Positions 8,081-16,448 are shown, numbered from the stretch's first letter. The stretch is DNA of 64,000 bases from Alphaproteobacteria bacterium (GCA_045655105.1 JAZOOQ010000043.1:3204-67203), one strand, 5' to 3'. Translations and numbers: made by a program. Notes: generated by a model not told the origin, from the sequence alone.

Positions 8081-8104
8081 TGGGGTGGCTGGATTCGAAC
8101 TAAT
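8081..8104 (-). other. tRNA 3'-end-like fragment (T-loop plus acceptor; Gln-like), not a complete tRNA
   Basis: The minus strand reads ATTAGTTCGAATCCAGCCACCCCA, which is a GTTCGAATCC T-loop motif plus an acceptor-like strand. No matching 5' half or anticodon arm is present nearby. AATCCAGCCACCCCA recurs at 2670-2684 (+) and ATTAGTTCGAA at 2743-2753 (+). Confidence 0.45.
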
Positions 8105-8382
8105 GTAAGAATGAGTTGTTTTATCCATAGCAAACTTAAATAATTTAAGGGTTGTTGGGCATTGTTTTTTACTTAAAGAGGGAGAGTTGATTGTTTGAAT
8201 AAAAGGATTGGGATAGCCTTTTTGTTAATATTTGATAATTTTTTTTCTCTAGGTTATTGAAATTTTTATTTATTTTCTTATTTTTTTTATGAAAAACTTA
8301 TTGACGTTTAAAATATTTTTTGATACTTTGAAAAAGTTAGGGGTATGTTCCCGTTCTTTGTAGGTAACAAAAGAGAATTTCG

Positions 8383-9312
8383 ATGCTGAAAAAGAAAAAC
8401 GAAATGGAAAAGGGGAGATCAGTTGCAGATACTTTGGGTGGTGGTGCACTGATTGGTGTTTTATCATTAGGTGGTGTGTATGGATATAACCATGCGATGT
8501 GTTTGTATCGTGAAGCTGAAACATTGGATCAGTTGAGCGTTCTTGTTGCGGGCAGTCGTTCGTTTGATATTCCGCTTCATTTCGGTGAATTGACCGTTCT
8601 TGAAGATGGAAAATATGCACCTTATATTGTTCCAATTAGAGAGGTTGTTTCAAAAGTTAATTATCGTTCAAGTCAAACGGCATATGACGCTGGTTTGGTT
8701 GATGATGATGGTGAGGTCGGCGGTGTGACGCTTCATGATGTGCGTGAATATGAATCGTTTGACACAGCTTTGAACACGCCGGTTTGGGTTCGGGCGGAAG
8801 ATGAAAAGAATTGGTCAGTTCGAATAACTGGTCTTTCTTACTCTGTGTGTGAAAAATTGTTACAAAAACACGATTTAGGTTTTGATTATGCTTATGTCGC
8901 ACATCGAAACGATTCTGATAATTCACCAATAGATCCTGAATATGGTGATTTTTCAATGGTTGATAGCTCAAATAAATATGCTAACCCTCAAAAAAAATTA
9001 ACGGGAGGTGTTTCAACAGAAAAACAAATTGAAAAGGTTTGTTCTATGATTGATTCGGCAAAAGGAAAAACCTCTTTAGCTCAAACATATATTAGTAATG
9101 TTAATAATGTTAAAGTAGCTGGCATTGCTTTTGGCTCTGATGAAGGTCCTTGTTATGATAAAAAAAGCTTGGCTTGTATGGCTTATGGGGCTAGATTATA
9201 TAACCCAGAAACAGAAAAAAAAGACATACCACTTCAAACACTGGTGCTTCATTTTGGATCTGGTGGTTTAGATTCAAGTGTCTCATCCATTTCTCCAGCT
9301 GCAATGGATTAA
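8383..9312 (+). CDS. Hypothetical membrane-anchored or secreted protein (orphan)
   Basis: 309-aa ORF with one N-terminal hydrophobic segment (GGGALIGVLSLGGVYGY) and no motif recognised. The first half looks more GC-rich than neighbouring genes. Possible promoter TTGACG-17 nt-TACTTT upstream. The antisense ORFs here are weaker. Confidence 0.5.
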   Translation: MLKKKNEMEKGRSVADTLGGGALIGVLSLGGVYGYNHAMCLYREAETLDQLSVLVAGSRSFDIPLHFGELTVLEDGKYAPYIVPIREVVSKVNYRSSQTAYDAGLVDDDGEVGGVTLHDVREYESFDTALNTPVWVRAEDEKNWSVRITGLSYSVCEKLLQKHDLGFDYAYVAHRNDSDNSPIDPEYGDFSMVDSSNKYANPQKKLTGGVSTEKQIEKVCSMIDSAKGKTSLAQTYISNVNNVKVAGIAFGSDEGPCYDKKSLACMAYGARLYNPETEKKDIPLQTLVLHFGSGGLDSSVSSISPAAMD

Positions 9313-9368
9313 CAATATATCTGAAAAAAATTTTAAAGCCGATGAATAATTAACGAAATGGATTTATA

Positions 9369-9776
9369 ATGAAGAGATATTTTAATTTGATATTATTTGC
9401 ATTGATGTTTGTTCCTGCTATTGGTTTTGCGGCAAGTTCAGAACTGTTGATTCAAACAGATCGTCATTGGAATCAACAACCAATTAACCCACTTCATATT
9501 AATCAACCACAAGTAACAGTTTTAAGAATCAAAATCGCTGTTGGCGAAAAATTAGAAATGCACAAGCACCCAGTTTTAAATATTGGATATTTAACAAAAG
9601 GAGAATTATCGGTTTATTCTGATAAAGGAGATGTTTTAGTGCTGAAGGCTGGTGATCCTATTGTTGAATTGGTTGATACTTGGCACTATGGCGTTAATAC
9701 AGGGGATCAAGAAGCTGAAATTGTTGTCACCTATGTGGGCGAAAAAGAGGATAGTTTAACCATCTATAATAAATAG
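9369..9776 (+). CDS. Secreted cupin-domain protein
   Basis: 135-aa ORF with a signal peptide (LILFALMFVPAIGFAASS). Cupin motif 1-like MHKHPVLNIGYLTKGEL and motif 2-like GDPIVELVDTWHYGVN. Confidence 0.7.
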   Translation: MKRYFNLILFALMFVPAIGFAASSELLIQTDRHWNQQPINPLHINQPQVTVLRIKIAVGEKLEMHKHPVLNIGYLTKGELSVYSDKGDVLVLKAGDPIVELVDTWHYGVNTGDQEAEIVVTYVGEKEDSLTIYNK

Positions 9777-9800
9777 CTTAAGTAAAGAAACATTAAATCA

Positions 9801-9831
9801 AAAGCTCTCGATATATTGGGAGCTTTTTTTT
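9801..9831 (+). terminator. Intrinsic terminator
   Basis: AAAGCTCTCGA-TATA-TTGGGAGCTTT followed by a T run. Confidence 0.7.
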
Positions 9832-9918
9832 AGAGTAGATTCAAGGTTATGGTTAATTTATTATTGTATTTTCATTTTTCTAAAGATATACTAAGAAAAA
9901 TTTGAAGAAAAGGAGCTA

Positions 9919-10740
9919 ATGATGCAAAAAAAGATTATTGTGGCGATTTGTTGTTTTTTAAGTGGTTATTTGTTCACTTTAGGATATATAAATAAAGAAG
10001 CATTACTAGAATATGGTTCAAATTTTTCTTCCAAGATTTTTAAATCTGAAGAACCTTTAAAAAAGAATCGATTTCTTTTAATGATCAGCAGTTGGAAAAG
10101 ACCGATGCTGTTATCTGGTCAAATATTAAGATTTATGAACCAAACCTATGATAATTATAAAATCAGCGTTTCAATTAAAGGAACACCGGAAGATTGGATT
10201 AGATCAACTTTTATGAAAGAGTGGCAACCCTTTATTGATAAAGGGAGTTTGCTTGTTCGATTTGATGAAAACAAAGAACAGTTAAGCAATTTATTAGATA
10301 CAATCAGAAATATTCCATTAGATGAATATGATTACTTTTGCAAAATTGATGATGATGATTGGTATGCTCCTAATTATTTAGAAGAAGTTAACAGATATTT
10401 AAATAAAGAAAAAGATATTGATATTTCTTCAACACTGAATATGGTAATTTTAGATAACGGGGACGATCAAGTAAAAATGTATTATAGTCCATTGGATTGG
10501 TCTGGGCAAACGATTTGCATTTCAAGACCAATGGCAAAAGCACTGCTTGAAATTGAAGAAAATCCAGCAGCATATGAGCCACTTTATCCTGCTTCAGAAG
10601 TTTTGCGTTTAAGATCAAACAAAGAAGATGCTTTAATTCATCACTTTATTCGCGCAATTGGTGGCAAGCCTCAAGAACGAGATACCCCGAAAACAGATAT
10701 AATTTATGGGCGACAATATCCTTCAATTACAAGATATTAA
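9919..10740 (+). CDS. Membrane-anchored GT-A-like glycosyltransferase (tentative)
   Basis: 273-aa ORF with AGGAG RBS; the second ATG at 9922 has better spacing. N-terminal TM segment, and a KIDDDDWYAPNYL DXD-like motif in a GT2-like context (FLLMISSWKRPMLL...QTY). Confidence 0.45.
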   Translation: MMQKKIIVAICCFLSGYLFTLGYINKEALLEYGSNFSSKIFKSEEPLKKNRFLLMISSWKRPMLLSGQILRFMNQTYDNYKISVSIKGTPEDWIRSTFMKEWQPFIDKGSLLVRFDENKEQLSNLLDTIRNIPLDEYDYFCKIDDDDWYAPNYLEEVNRYLNKEKDIDISSTLNMVILDNGDDQVKMYYSPLDWSGQTICISRPMAKALLEIEENPAAYEPLYPASEVLRLRSNKEDALIHHFIRAIGGKPQERDTPKTDIIYGRQYPSITRY

Positions 10741-10750
10741 TTCTGATCAT

Positions 10751-10784
10751 AAAAAAAGAGCCACTCTTAACGAGTGGCTTTTTT
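10751..10784. terminator. Bidirectional intrinsic terminator between convergent genes
   Basis: A7-GAGCCACTC-TTAAC-GAGTGGCT-T6. Confidence 0.7.
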
Positions 10785-10797
10785 AATAGGGTTAAAT

Positions 10798-12219
10798 TTA
10801 AAGTTTAATTAACTCAATTTCTTTATTTGGTAAATCTTTTACACCAACACCAAGAGCAGCCAGTTTATCTCTGATTTCATCAGATTTTGCCCAATTTTTT
10901 GTAGCTCTGGCTTCTTTGCGTTGTTCTAAAAGATCGGCGATTTCTGGAGTGACTTCAACAGAAGGTGTTTGTTTGGCTTCAATATTTTTTAATTCCAAAT
11001 TAAACACGCTGTCTACATGCAACAAATAGGCAAGGCGAACAGCTTCGCTTTTTTTGTTATCTTTTAAAACACCCCACATATGAGAAATAGCAAGCGGTGT
11101 TTTAATATCATCAAATAAATAATTGTTGAATTCTGATTTTAAGTTTTCAACTTCTTTGTTTTCATCTTCAGTTAATGAAGTATTATTCACTTTAGCTTTT
11201 AAAGAGGCGATGGCATCACATAAGTTTTCATAAGCTTTTTTAGCGCCATCTAAAGCTTCATCTGAAAAAACGGCAGAACTACGATAATGAGAAGTCAATG
11301 TGAAATATTTATAATGCATTGGCAAATAGCCCATTTCTTTTAAGGTATCAATGGTTGTTTTGCCTCCCGTTGATTTACTCATTTTACCAGATTTTGTGTT
11401 CAAAAATTCCATATGTAACCAATAGTTGACCCATTCGTGACCTAAATGAGCTTCACTTTGGGCAATTTCATTTTCGTGGTGCACAGGAATATGATCAATG
11501 CCACCACAGTGGATATCAATACGTTCACCCAAATATTTTGTTGACATAGCAGAGCATTCAATATGCCAGCCAGGGTAACCACGACCCCATGGGCTATCCC
11601 ATTGTAAAATTTGATTTTCAAATTTAGAAGAGGTAAACCATAAAACGAAATCAGAGTCATTTCGTTTATTTAAATCTTGCTCTGTTCGAGCGCCATGTTT
11701 TAAATCTTCGCGATTTTGCCCAGAAAGAGCGCCATATTTTTCAAATTTAGCCGTATCAAAATAAACATTGCCATTTGAAAAATAAGCAAAACCTTTGTCT
11801 TCTAAAGATTTGACGAATTTAATCATATCTTCAATATGTTCAGTGGCGCGGCAAACAATGGTTGGGCGTTTTAAGCCAAGTTCTTGTGTGTGTCTGAAAA
11901 AAGTATCTTCATAATGTCTGGCAATTTCCATAACGCTTTTTTTCTCGCGTTCAGCAGCGATCAGCATTTTATCTTCGCCTTCATCATTATCATTTGTTAA
12001 ATGCCCAACATCTGTTACATTCATAACGTGTTTCACTTTATAACCAGCCAAACGTAAAGTATTGGCAATCAAGTCTTCAAAGATATATGTGCGAAGATTG
12101 CCGATATGTGCATAAGAATAGACTGTTGGCCCACAGCAATACATTGTGACCATTTTTTCATTTATTGGTTTAAATTCTTCTTTGTTTCTTGTCTTTGTGT
12201 TATATAAATAAACAGTCAT
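10798..12219 (-). CDS. cysS: Cysteine--tRNA ligase
   Basis: 473-aa ORF with class I motifs HIGNLRTY (HIGH) and KMSKS, and a CGPTVY start region typical of CysRS. Confidence 0.95.
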   Translation of the reverse strand: MTVYLYNTKTRNKEEFKPINEKMVTMYCCGPTVYSYAHIGNLRTYIFEDLIANTLRLAGYKVKHVMNVTDVGHLTNDNDEGEDKMLIAAEREKKSVMEIARHYEDTFFRHTQELGLKRPTIVCRATEHIEDMIKFVKSLEDKGFAYFSNGNVYFDTAKFEKYGALSGQNREDLKHGARTEQDLNKRNDSDFVLWFTSSKFENQILQWDSPWGRGYPGWHIECSAMSTKYLGERIDIHCGGIDHIPVHHENEIAQSEAHLGHEWVNYWLHMEFLNTKSGKMSKSTGGKTTIDTLKEMGYLPMHYKYFTLTSHYRSSAVFSDEALDGAKKAYENLCDAIASLKAKVNNTSLTEDENKEVENLKSEFNNYLFDDIKTPLAISHMWGVLKDNKKSEAVRLAYLLHVDSVFNLELKNIEAKQTPSVEVTPEIADLLEQRKEARATKNWAKSDEIRDKLAALGVGVKDLPNKEIELIKL

Positions 12220-12247
12220 TTTATGTTCCCTTTATGTTTTTTTAGTT

Positions 12248-12273
12248 AAAAAAAGCAGCTTGAAAAAAGCTGC
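12248..12273 (-). terminator. Intrinsic terminator-like hairpin inside the cysS leader (possible attenuator)
   Basis: The minus strand reads GCAGCTT-TTTTC-AAGCTGC followed by T7. It ends about 28 nt upstream of the cysS ATG and just before the AAAGGGA RBS. Confidence 0.55.
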
Positions 12274-12771
12274 CTTTTGGAATAAATGTATAGCTGAAAA
12301 TCAGCCCCGGCAGCATGGCTTAGGAGGTTTGACAACAGCAACAACAGTTAAAGTTTATATACATTTTTAATCCTTTTTTAATATGTTTTTTATTTTCTTA
12401 TGATTTCATCTTTTTGTCAAGCAATAAATTTTATTTAATAAAAATTATTTATCTATATGGAACGCCTATAGAAATTAAACCTTAAATAATATCTATTATT
12501 TCTTCGTTGATGTTCTCTCGATTCGGGTGTTTTTAATTGCAGGCGTTGGCAAAGAGTTTTAAAAAGCATCTTTTTTTTAAGGCGCGCAATTTCATTTTAT
12601 ATCATAAAGTTAAACAAGAGTCAAATATCTTGGAAAACAAGTCGAATGTTTGACAAAAACAAGATAAATTTTCTTTATTTTTCAAAAAGTTGTATTAAAA
12701 TTCTTTTTGTTATGATAAATTTTAATTGGCTTAAAATATTTTAAGCTTGTATTGATTAAAAAGGAGGAAAT

Positions 12772-13407
12772 ATGATTTATGAAAGTTTAAAAACTGAACG
12801 TCCATATCCAAGAGAAGAAGATTTTATTCGTCCAGGATGTGGATTAGATGGTCATGCTTATATGTCGGCAAAAACTGATTATGAAGTGTATGCTAATTCT
12901 GGTTATGGCGTTTGGAAAGATGAAGAAACGGGCGAGGTATTGTTTACAGAGCGTTCGGAATTTATTCCTGCCAATAGTTTTTATTGCAGTGGGCAAGGCG
13001 AGTGGGAAACAACTTATACAGCTCATTTCCCTTTAAAAGAAGGTCAAACCCCAGAGCAAGCTTTTAAGGAAAGAGAACGGTTAGATGCTGAAAAACAGCA
13101 ATTACGCAATGCTCAACAGGCAAGAGCGCAAAAGATGAGCGAGCTTTCTCCCGAAATTTATAAAAGACTGAAAGATCGATTTGAAACGCTTAAAAGGAAG
13201 TCTGAAATCGAATTAAACCAGCAATTTGATCAAGCTGTTCAGTTGGCTTTAAAGCAAGAAAACAGAAAAAAGCAACTTGAAAAAAGAAATCAAGATCCGT
13301 TGTGGCAAGCAACAAGAGCAGCAGCCAAAATTTTGATTGCTCAAAATCAACAAAGTCAGGCCAGTTTGTTGATTAAGAATTATTTAAAACACCATGAGAA
13401 TGGATAA
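12772..13407 (+). CDS. Hypothetical protein with a Gln/Lys-rich coiled-coil C-terminal half
   Basis: 211-aa ORF with a strong RBS (AAAGGAGGAAAT ATG). No motif recognised. Confidence 0.6.
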   Translation: MIYESLKTERPYPREEDFIRPGCGLDGHAYMSAKTDYEVYANSGYGVWKDEETGEVLFTERSEFIPANSFYCSGQGEWETTYTAHFPLKEGQTPEQAFKERERLDAEKQQLRNAQQARAQKMSELSPEIYKRLKDRFETLKRKSEIELNQQFDQAVQLALKQENRKKQLEKRNQDPLWQATRAAAKILIAQNQQSQASLLIKNYLKHHENG

Positions 13408-13424
13408 GATTGGTTTTTAGAACG

Positions 13425-13455
13425 AAAAGCCTCAATCATTCATTGGGGCTTTTTT
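13425..13455. terminator. Bidirectional intrinsic terminator
   Basis: AAAA-GCCTCAAT-CATTC-ATTGGGGC-T6. It overlaps the stop codon of the minus-strand HTH gene. Confidence 0.6.
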
Positions 13456-13762
13456 ATTTTGAAGAGCTTTCTTGTTTTAAAACGGCTTTAACGGCATTTA
13501 GAAGATCAAATTCTTGTTGTGTGACCGTGAGGCGTGGTTGATATTCCCAAAGCTCTTTTTCTGATATATCGCCAGACATGAAATCAAGAAAAGCCTCTTT
13601 TTCAAATTCCAAAAATTTGGCGGTTTTTTTAATATGAGAAACTTGAAATTTCCAAGTTCCTTTTTCAAGGTCGTTCATTCTGGTTGGATGAACGTTTAAT
13701 AAAAGTGCTAATTGACGTTTGCTTTTTTTAAGTTCTTTTAATCTTCTTGATAACCAATGCAT
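13454..13762 (-). CDS. XRE/Cro-type helix-turn-helix protein
   Basis: 102-aa ORF. The N-terminal LKELKKSKRQLALLLNVHPTRMNDLEKG fits an HTH_3-like pattern. Confidence 0.6.
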   Translation of the reverse strand: MHWLSRRLKELKKSKRQLALLLNVHPTRMNDLEKGTWKFQVSHIKKTAKFLEFEKEAFLDFMSGDISEKELWEYQPRLTVTQQEFDLLNAVKAVLKQESSSK

Positions 13763-13952
13763 CTTTGTCTCCTTAAATTTTTATAAAACTTTAGCTCTGA
13801 TTTTTGGTGTTGTCAAATAAAATATAATAAAAAATGATATACTCTTGGCGCTAAAGTATATCATTTTTCGAAATTTATTTAATAAAAAGGTTTTATTTTT
13901 TTTAATAAGAAAAGCGCCTTAAAAAAGGCGCTTTAAGTTTTGTAAAGAGAAA

Positions 13953-14552
13953 TTAATCACGTTGATTACCCATATTTTTTTGCATCATGGTAATTTTATG
14001 TAATCCCTCATTTTTTGTTTGAGATGCAATACGGTAAAGTTCTGGATTTACTTCTTTTAATGCTTCAACCATAAGCATGCGAGTTTGAAAATATTCTTGA
14101 TGCCAAGAAAGAGGTTTGTTTGGATTTGGTTTATCTCTTGAAACTTCAAAGTTCATAATCTTTTCGGCAAGTAAAATTTCTTGTGCTTGGTGAGATAATC
14201 CTTTTGCCCATTGAGCTTTTTCTTCCCATTGCTTAATTTTTGTTTTATTTTTATCTTCAGGTTCAGAAGCTAATTCTTGAATAACAGATAAAACTTTTTC
14301 ACCTGCAATTTTTTTTACATCAGTTTCTGTTAATGGAGCAACACCATCTGCAATGCGTTTCTTTTCAAAACATTTGTGGAGCAGGGCTGCTAAAACAGCG
14401 GTTTCTTTTTCATCTCCTGTTAAGGTGGAGTGAGCTTTAACGATATTTGTTGTTCCTTTTACTTGGTCTAACATAACAAGACCGCCACCATAAACAACGC
14501 CACTGTGTAATTTTTCGGCATAATATAGACATTTATTTTCTAACTCTGTCAT
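13953..14552 (-). CDS. HD_4 (RelA/SpoT/MESH1-type hydrolase)-like protein with degenerate metal ligands
   Basis: Start moved to the ATG at 14552, which follows an AAGGAGA RBS. AVLAALLHKCFEKK aligns with the family motif AALLHDxxED (HD replaced by HK), and LLAEKIMNF aligns with KLADRLxN. The upstream His motif is not evident. Confidence 0.55.
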   Translation of the reverse strand: MTELENKCLYYAEKLHSGVVYGGGLVMLDQVKGTTNIVKAHSTLTGDEKETAVLAALLHKCFEKKRIADGVAPLTETDVKKIAGEKVLSVIQELASEPEDKNKTKIKQWEEKAQWAKGLSHQAQEILLAEKIMNFEVSRDKPNPNKPLSWHQEYFQTRMLMVEALKEVNPELYRIASQTKNEGLHKITMMQKNMGNQRD

Positions 14553-14646
14553 AGTAATTCTCCTTTTGATATGCGAAATACGAACTAATAATACCATAAT
14601 AGAGTGATATTGTCAACTTTTTCATATATTGTTAATTGATAAATTT

Positions 14647-15501
14647 TTAATCATGTTGCCTTGAAGCAGAAATAATTTTTTTAAGGTATTCATGAGGCAG
14701 TTTCACTTGGCCTTTCCCAACTCCTAAACGAACGCCAGGATGCGCATTTTCGCCATGATAATCAGAACCGCCACTTTTAAGTAATCCAAGTTCATCAGCC
14801 ATCTCATTGTATAGCTTCATTTCTTCTAAACTCATATCCGAATGTTGCACTTCAATTCCTTGTAGCCCTTTATCTTTTAATCTTTTAACTTCAAGATAAA
14901 GATCTTGCCCTTTTAAACGGATAAGGCAAGGATGTGCTAATATGCTTACGGCACCTGTTTCCCTGATAAAATTGATAATTTCTTCTGGGCTTGGGGATTT
15001 TTGCTTCACATAAGCTGGGCATCCTTTATTTAAAAGTTTTTTATACCCAGTTTCTTTATCAGGAATTTGTTTTGTGTTATATAAGAAGTTAACAATATGA
15101 GGTTTGGCTAGTAGAGGTCTTAAATTGCCTTGTTCATCATAAGCAACTTCATTAAACGTAATTGAAAAGCCTAGTTTTGATAATTTATCAATTCGTTGTT
15201 CGCAAGCTTCAATTCGATAAGATTTCAAAAGGCGTTGGCGTTCATAATAAGGCGATAAATCTTGAATGTTAAGAGCCAAAATTTCAATTGTTGCTGGATG
15301 ATCAACACTAAATTCGCATCCATTTATGGCCTTTATATTTGGATATTTTAAAGCTTCCTTTTGAAAAGAAACGCAACCTTCAACTGAATCATGATCTGTA
15401 AGCGCTAATCCCGTTAATCCAATATCATGAGCTTTTTTTAAAAGTTCTGCCGGCGTATCTGAACCATCTGAAAAGCAAGAGTGTGTATGTAAATCAATCA
15501 T
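14647..15501 (-). CDS. PHP-domain phosphoesterase (TrpH/YciV-like)
   Basis: 284-aa ORF with MIDLHTHSCFSDGS, LALTDHDSV and GGSDYHG motifs, typical of the PHP family. Confidence 0.8.
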   Translation of the reverse strand: MIDLHTHSCFSDGSDTPAELLKKAHDIGLTGLALTDHDSVEGCVSFQKEALKYPNIKAINGCEFSVDHPATIEILALNIQDLSPYYERQRLLKSYRIEACEQRIDKLSKLGFSITFNEVAYDEQGNLRPLLAKPHIVNFLYNTKQIPDKETGYKKLLNKGCPAYVKQKSPSPEEIINFIRETGAVSILAHPCLIRLKGQDLYLEVKRLKDKGLQGIEVQHSDMSLEEMKLYNEMADELGLLKSGGSDYHGENAHPGVRLGVGKGQVKLPHEYLKKIISASRQHD

Positions 15502-16448
15502 TAGGAACCTCTTTGATTTTGGTTGTCTTTAGTTAGAGTCTTTTTTTTAGTAATAAATATTGGGTTATTCTTCATAACAGTATTTAATATGGTTCTTTTT
15601 TCAGTAGGTGATATTTTTTGAAGGCAAGATAAAAAAGCTTTAGTTATAATAGATGATGAAAGGCTAATAGGGGTTTCGCCTTGTTTGTTTTTTGCATTTA
15701 TATCCGCACCTCTTTTAAGTAATGCTAAAATCACTTTATCCATCTTTTCTTTTTGAACCGCTAGATGAAGTGCCGTATTTCCATTTTTATCTGTTTTATG
15801 AACATTTGCTTTTTTTTCAATGAGAGCGAGTAATAAACTTTCATCAGCTTTATTATTGATGCCATACATTAATGGTGTTTCACCTTGTTTGTTTTGGGCG
15901 TTTATGTTTGAATATTTTAAGATAATGTTTTTAAGAAATGTAAGCGCATATTCTTTATTTTTCGTTGCTAAAATATGTAAAGGTGTATTGCCGTTTTTAT
16001 CAGGAGCATATAAATCATTTGAGTGGTGATCTTCTAAAAAATTCTTTAGCTTTATCGCATAATTAAACCCATCTCCTGTGGCGTTCAAATATGTTATTTT
16101 ATCGCCTAAAAAGGTTAATCCTTCTTTTGTGTAAACGTTTTTTGGATTTGCGCCTAGTTTAATCAGAGACATTGAATAATCAGATAAGTAAAGTTGTTTC
16201 CTTAACCCAGATATAACATGCCCGTAGCGCATGTCTCCTTTATCTAAATAAGATTCAATTGTTTTTCGTATAAAAGAGGTAATTCCTAAAGCAAGTTGAA
16301 GGGGTGTTTCGCCTTTTGAATTTGCTTGATTGATATCAATCCCATCTTTAACCAATTCTTTTATTTCTTGAATATCAACATAGCTTTGTTTTAAACGATG
16401 AGTGATCAGTGTTTCACTCTCTTGTGTGTTATCTGTTTTAGATGCCAT
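15501..16448 (-). CDS. Ankyrin-repeat protein
   Basis: Start moved to the ATG at 16448 (GGAGGA RBS). Repeated ANK signatures are present: NGNTPLHILA, QGETPLMYG, NGNTALHLAV, QGETPIS...GADINAKN. Its stop overlaps the PHP gene ATG (TAATG). Confidence 0.85.
   Translation of the reverse strand: MASKTDNTQESETLITHRLKQSYVDIQEIKELVKDGIDINQANSKGETPLQLALGITSFIRKTIESYLDKGDMRYGHVISGLRKQLYLSDYSMSLIKLGANPKNVYTKEGLTFLGDKITYLNATGDGFNYAIKLKNFLEDHHSNDLYAPDKNGNTPLHILATKNKEYALTFLKNIILKYSNINAQNKQGETPLMYGINNKADESLLLALIEKKANVHKTDKNGNTALHLAVQKEKMDKVILALLKRGADINAKNKQGETPISLSSSIITKAFLSCLQKISPTEKRTILNTVMKNNPIFITKKKTLTKDNQNQRGS

Noticed and set aside
2505-8104. Classical tRNA-targeted genomic island bounded by direct att repeats.
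   Set aside because: The shared tRNA-like motifs are in inverted rather than direct orientation. No integrase is present and no intact tRNA gene adjoins either end. I report it only as a possible recombination scar.
8081-8200. Possible tmRNA (ssrA) 5' end: GGGGTGGCTGGATTCGAAC on the plus strand resembles the GGGG...GGATTCGAC start of tmRNA, and elements A and B begin similarly on the minus strand.
   Set aside because: The downstream frame ends in LIV rather than a typical hydrophobic AA-type tag. There is no T-arm or ACCA acceptor piece nearby, as a one- or two-piece alphaproteobacterial tmRNA would require. The motif is a near-palindrome that reads equally well as a tRNA 3' end. The A and B copies are too short and too divergent.
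8270-8971. His-rich antisense ORFs (8270-8635 and 8657-8971) opposite the 309-aa ORF.
   Set aside because: The plus-strand 309-aa ORF is longer, has a plausible upstream promoter and runs into a terminator-delimited unit. The antisense frames are low-complexity. The real coding status of the region still deserves checking.
12220-12770. T-box riboswitch upstream of cysS.
   Set aside because: I could not find the conserved T-box sequence (AATTAGGGTGGTACCGCG-like) or a specifier-loop architecture. T-boxes are also not expected in alphaproteobacteria. It is kept only as a generic attenuator candidate.
12772-13762. Toxin-antitoxin or prophage remnant (211-aa coiled-coil protein convergent with an XRE-type HTH protein).
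   Set aside because: The genes are convergent rather than co-oriented. No toxin fold is recognisable, and there are no phage structural or integrase genes. The evidence is insufficient.
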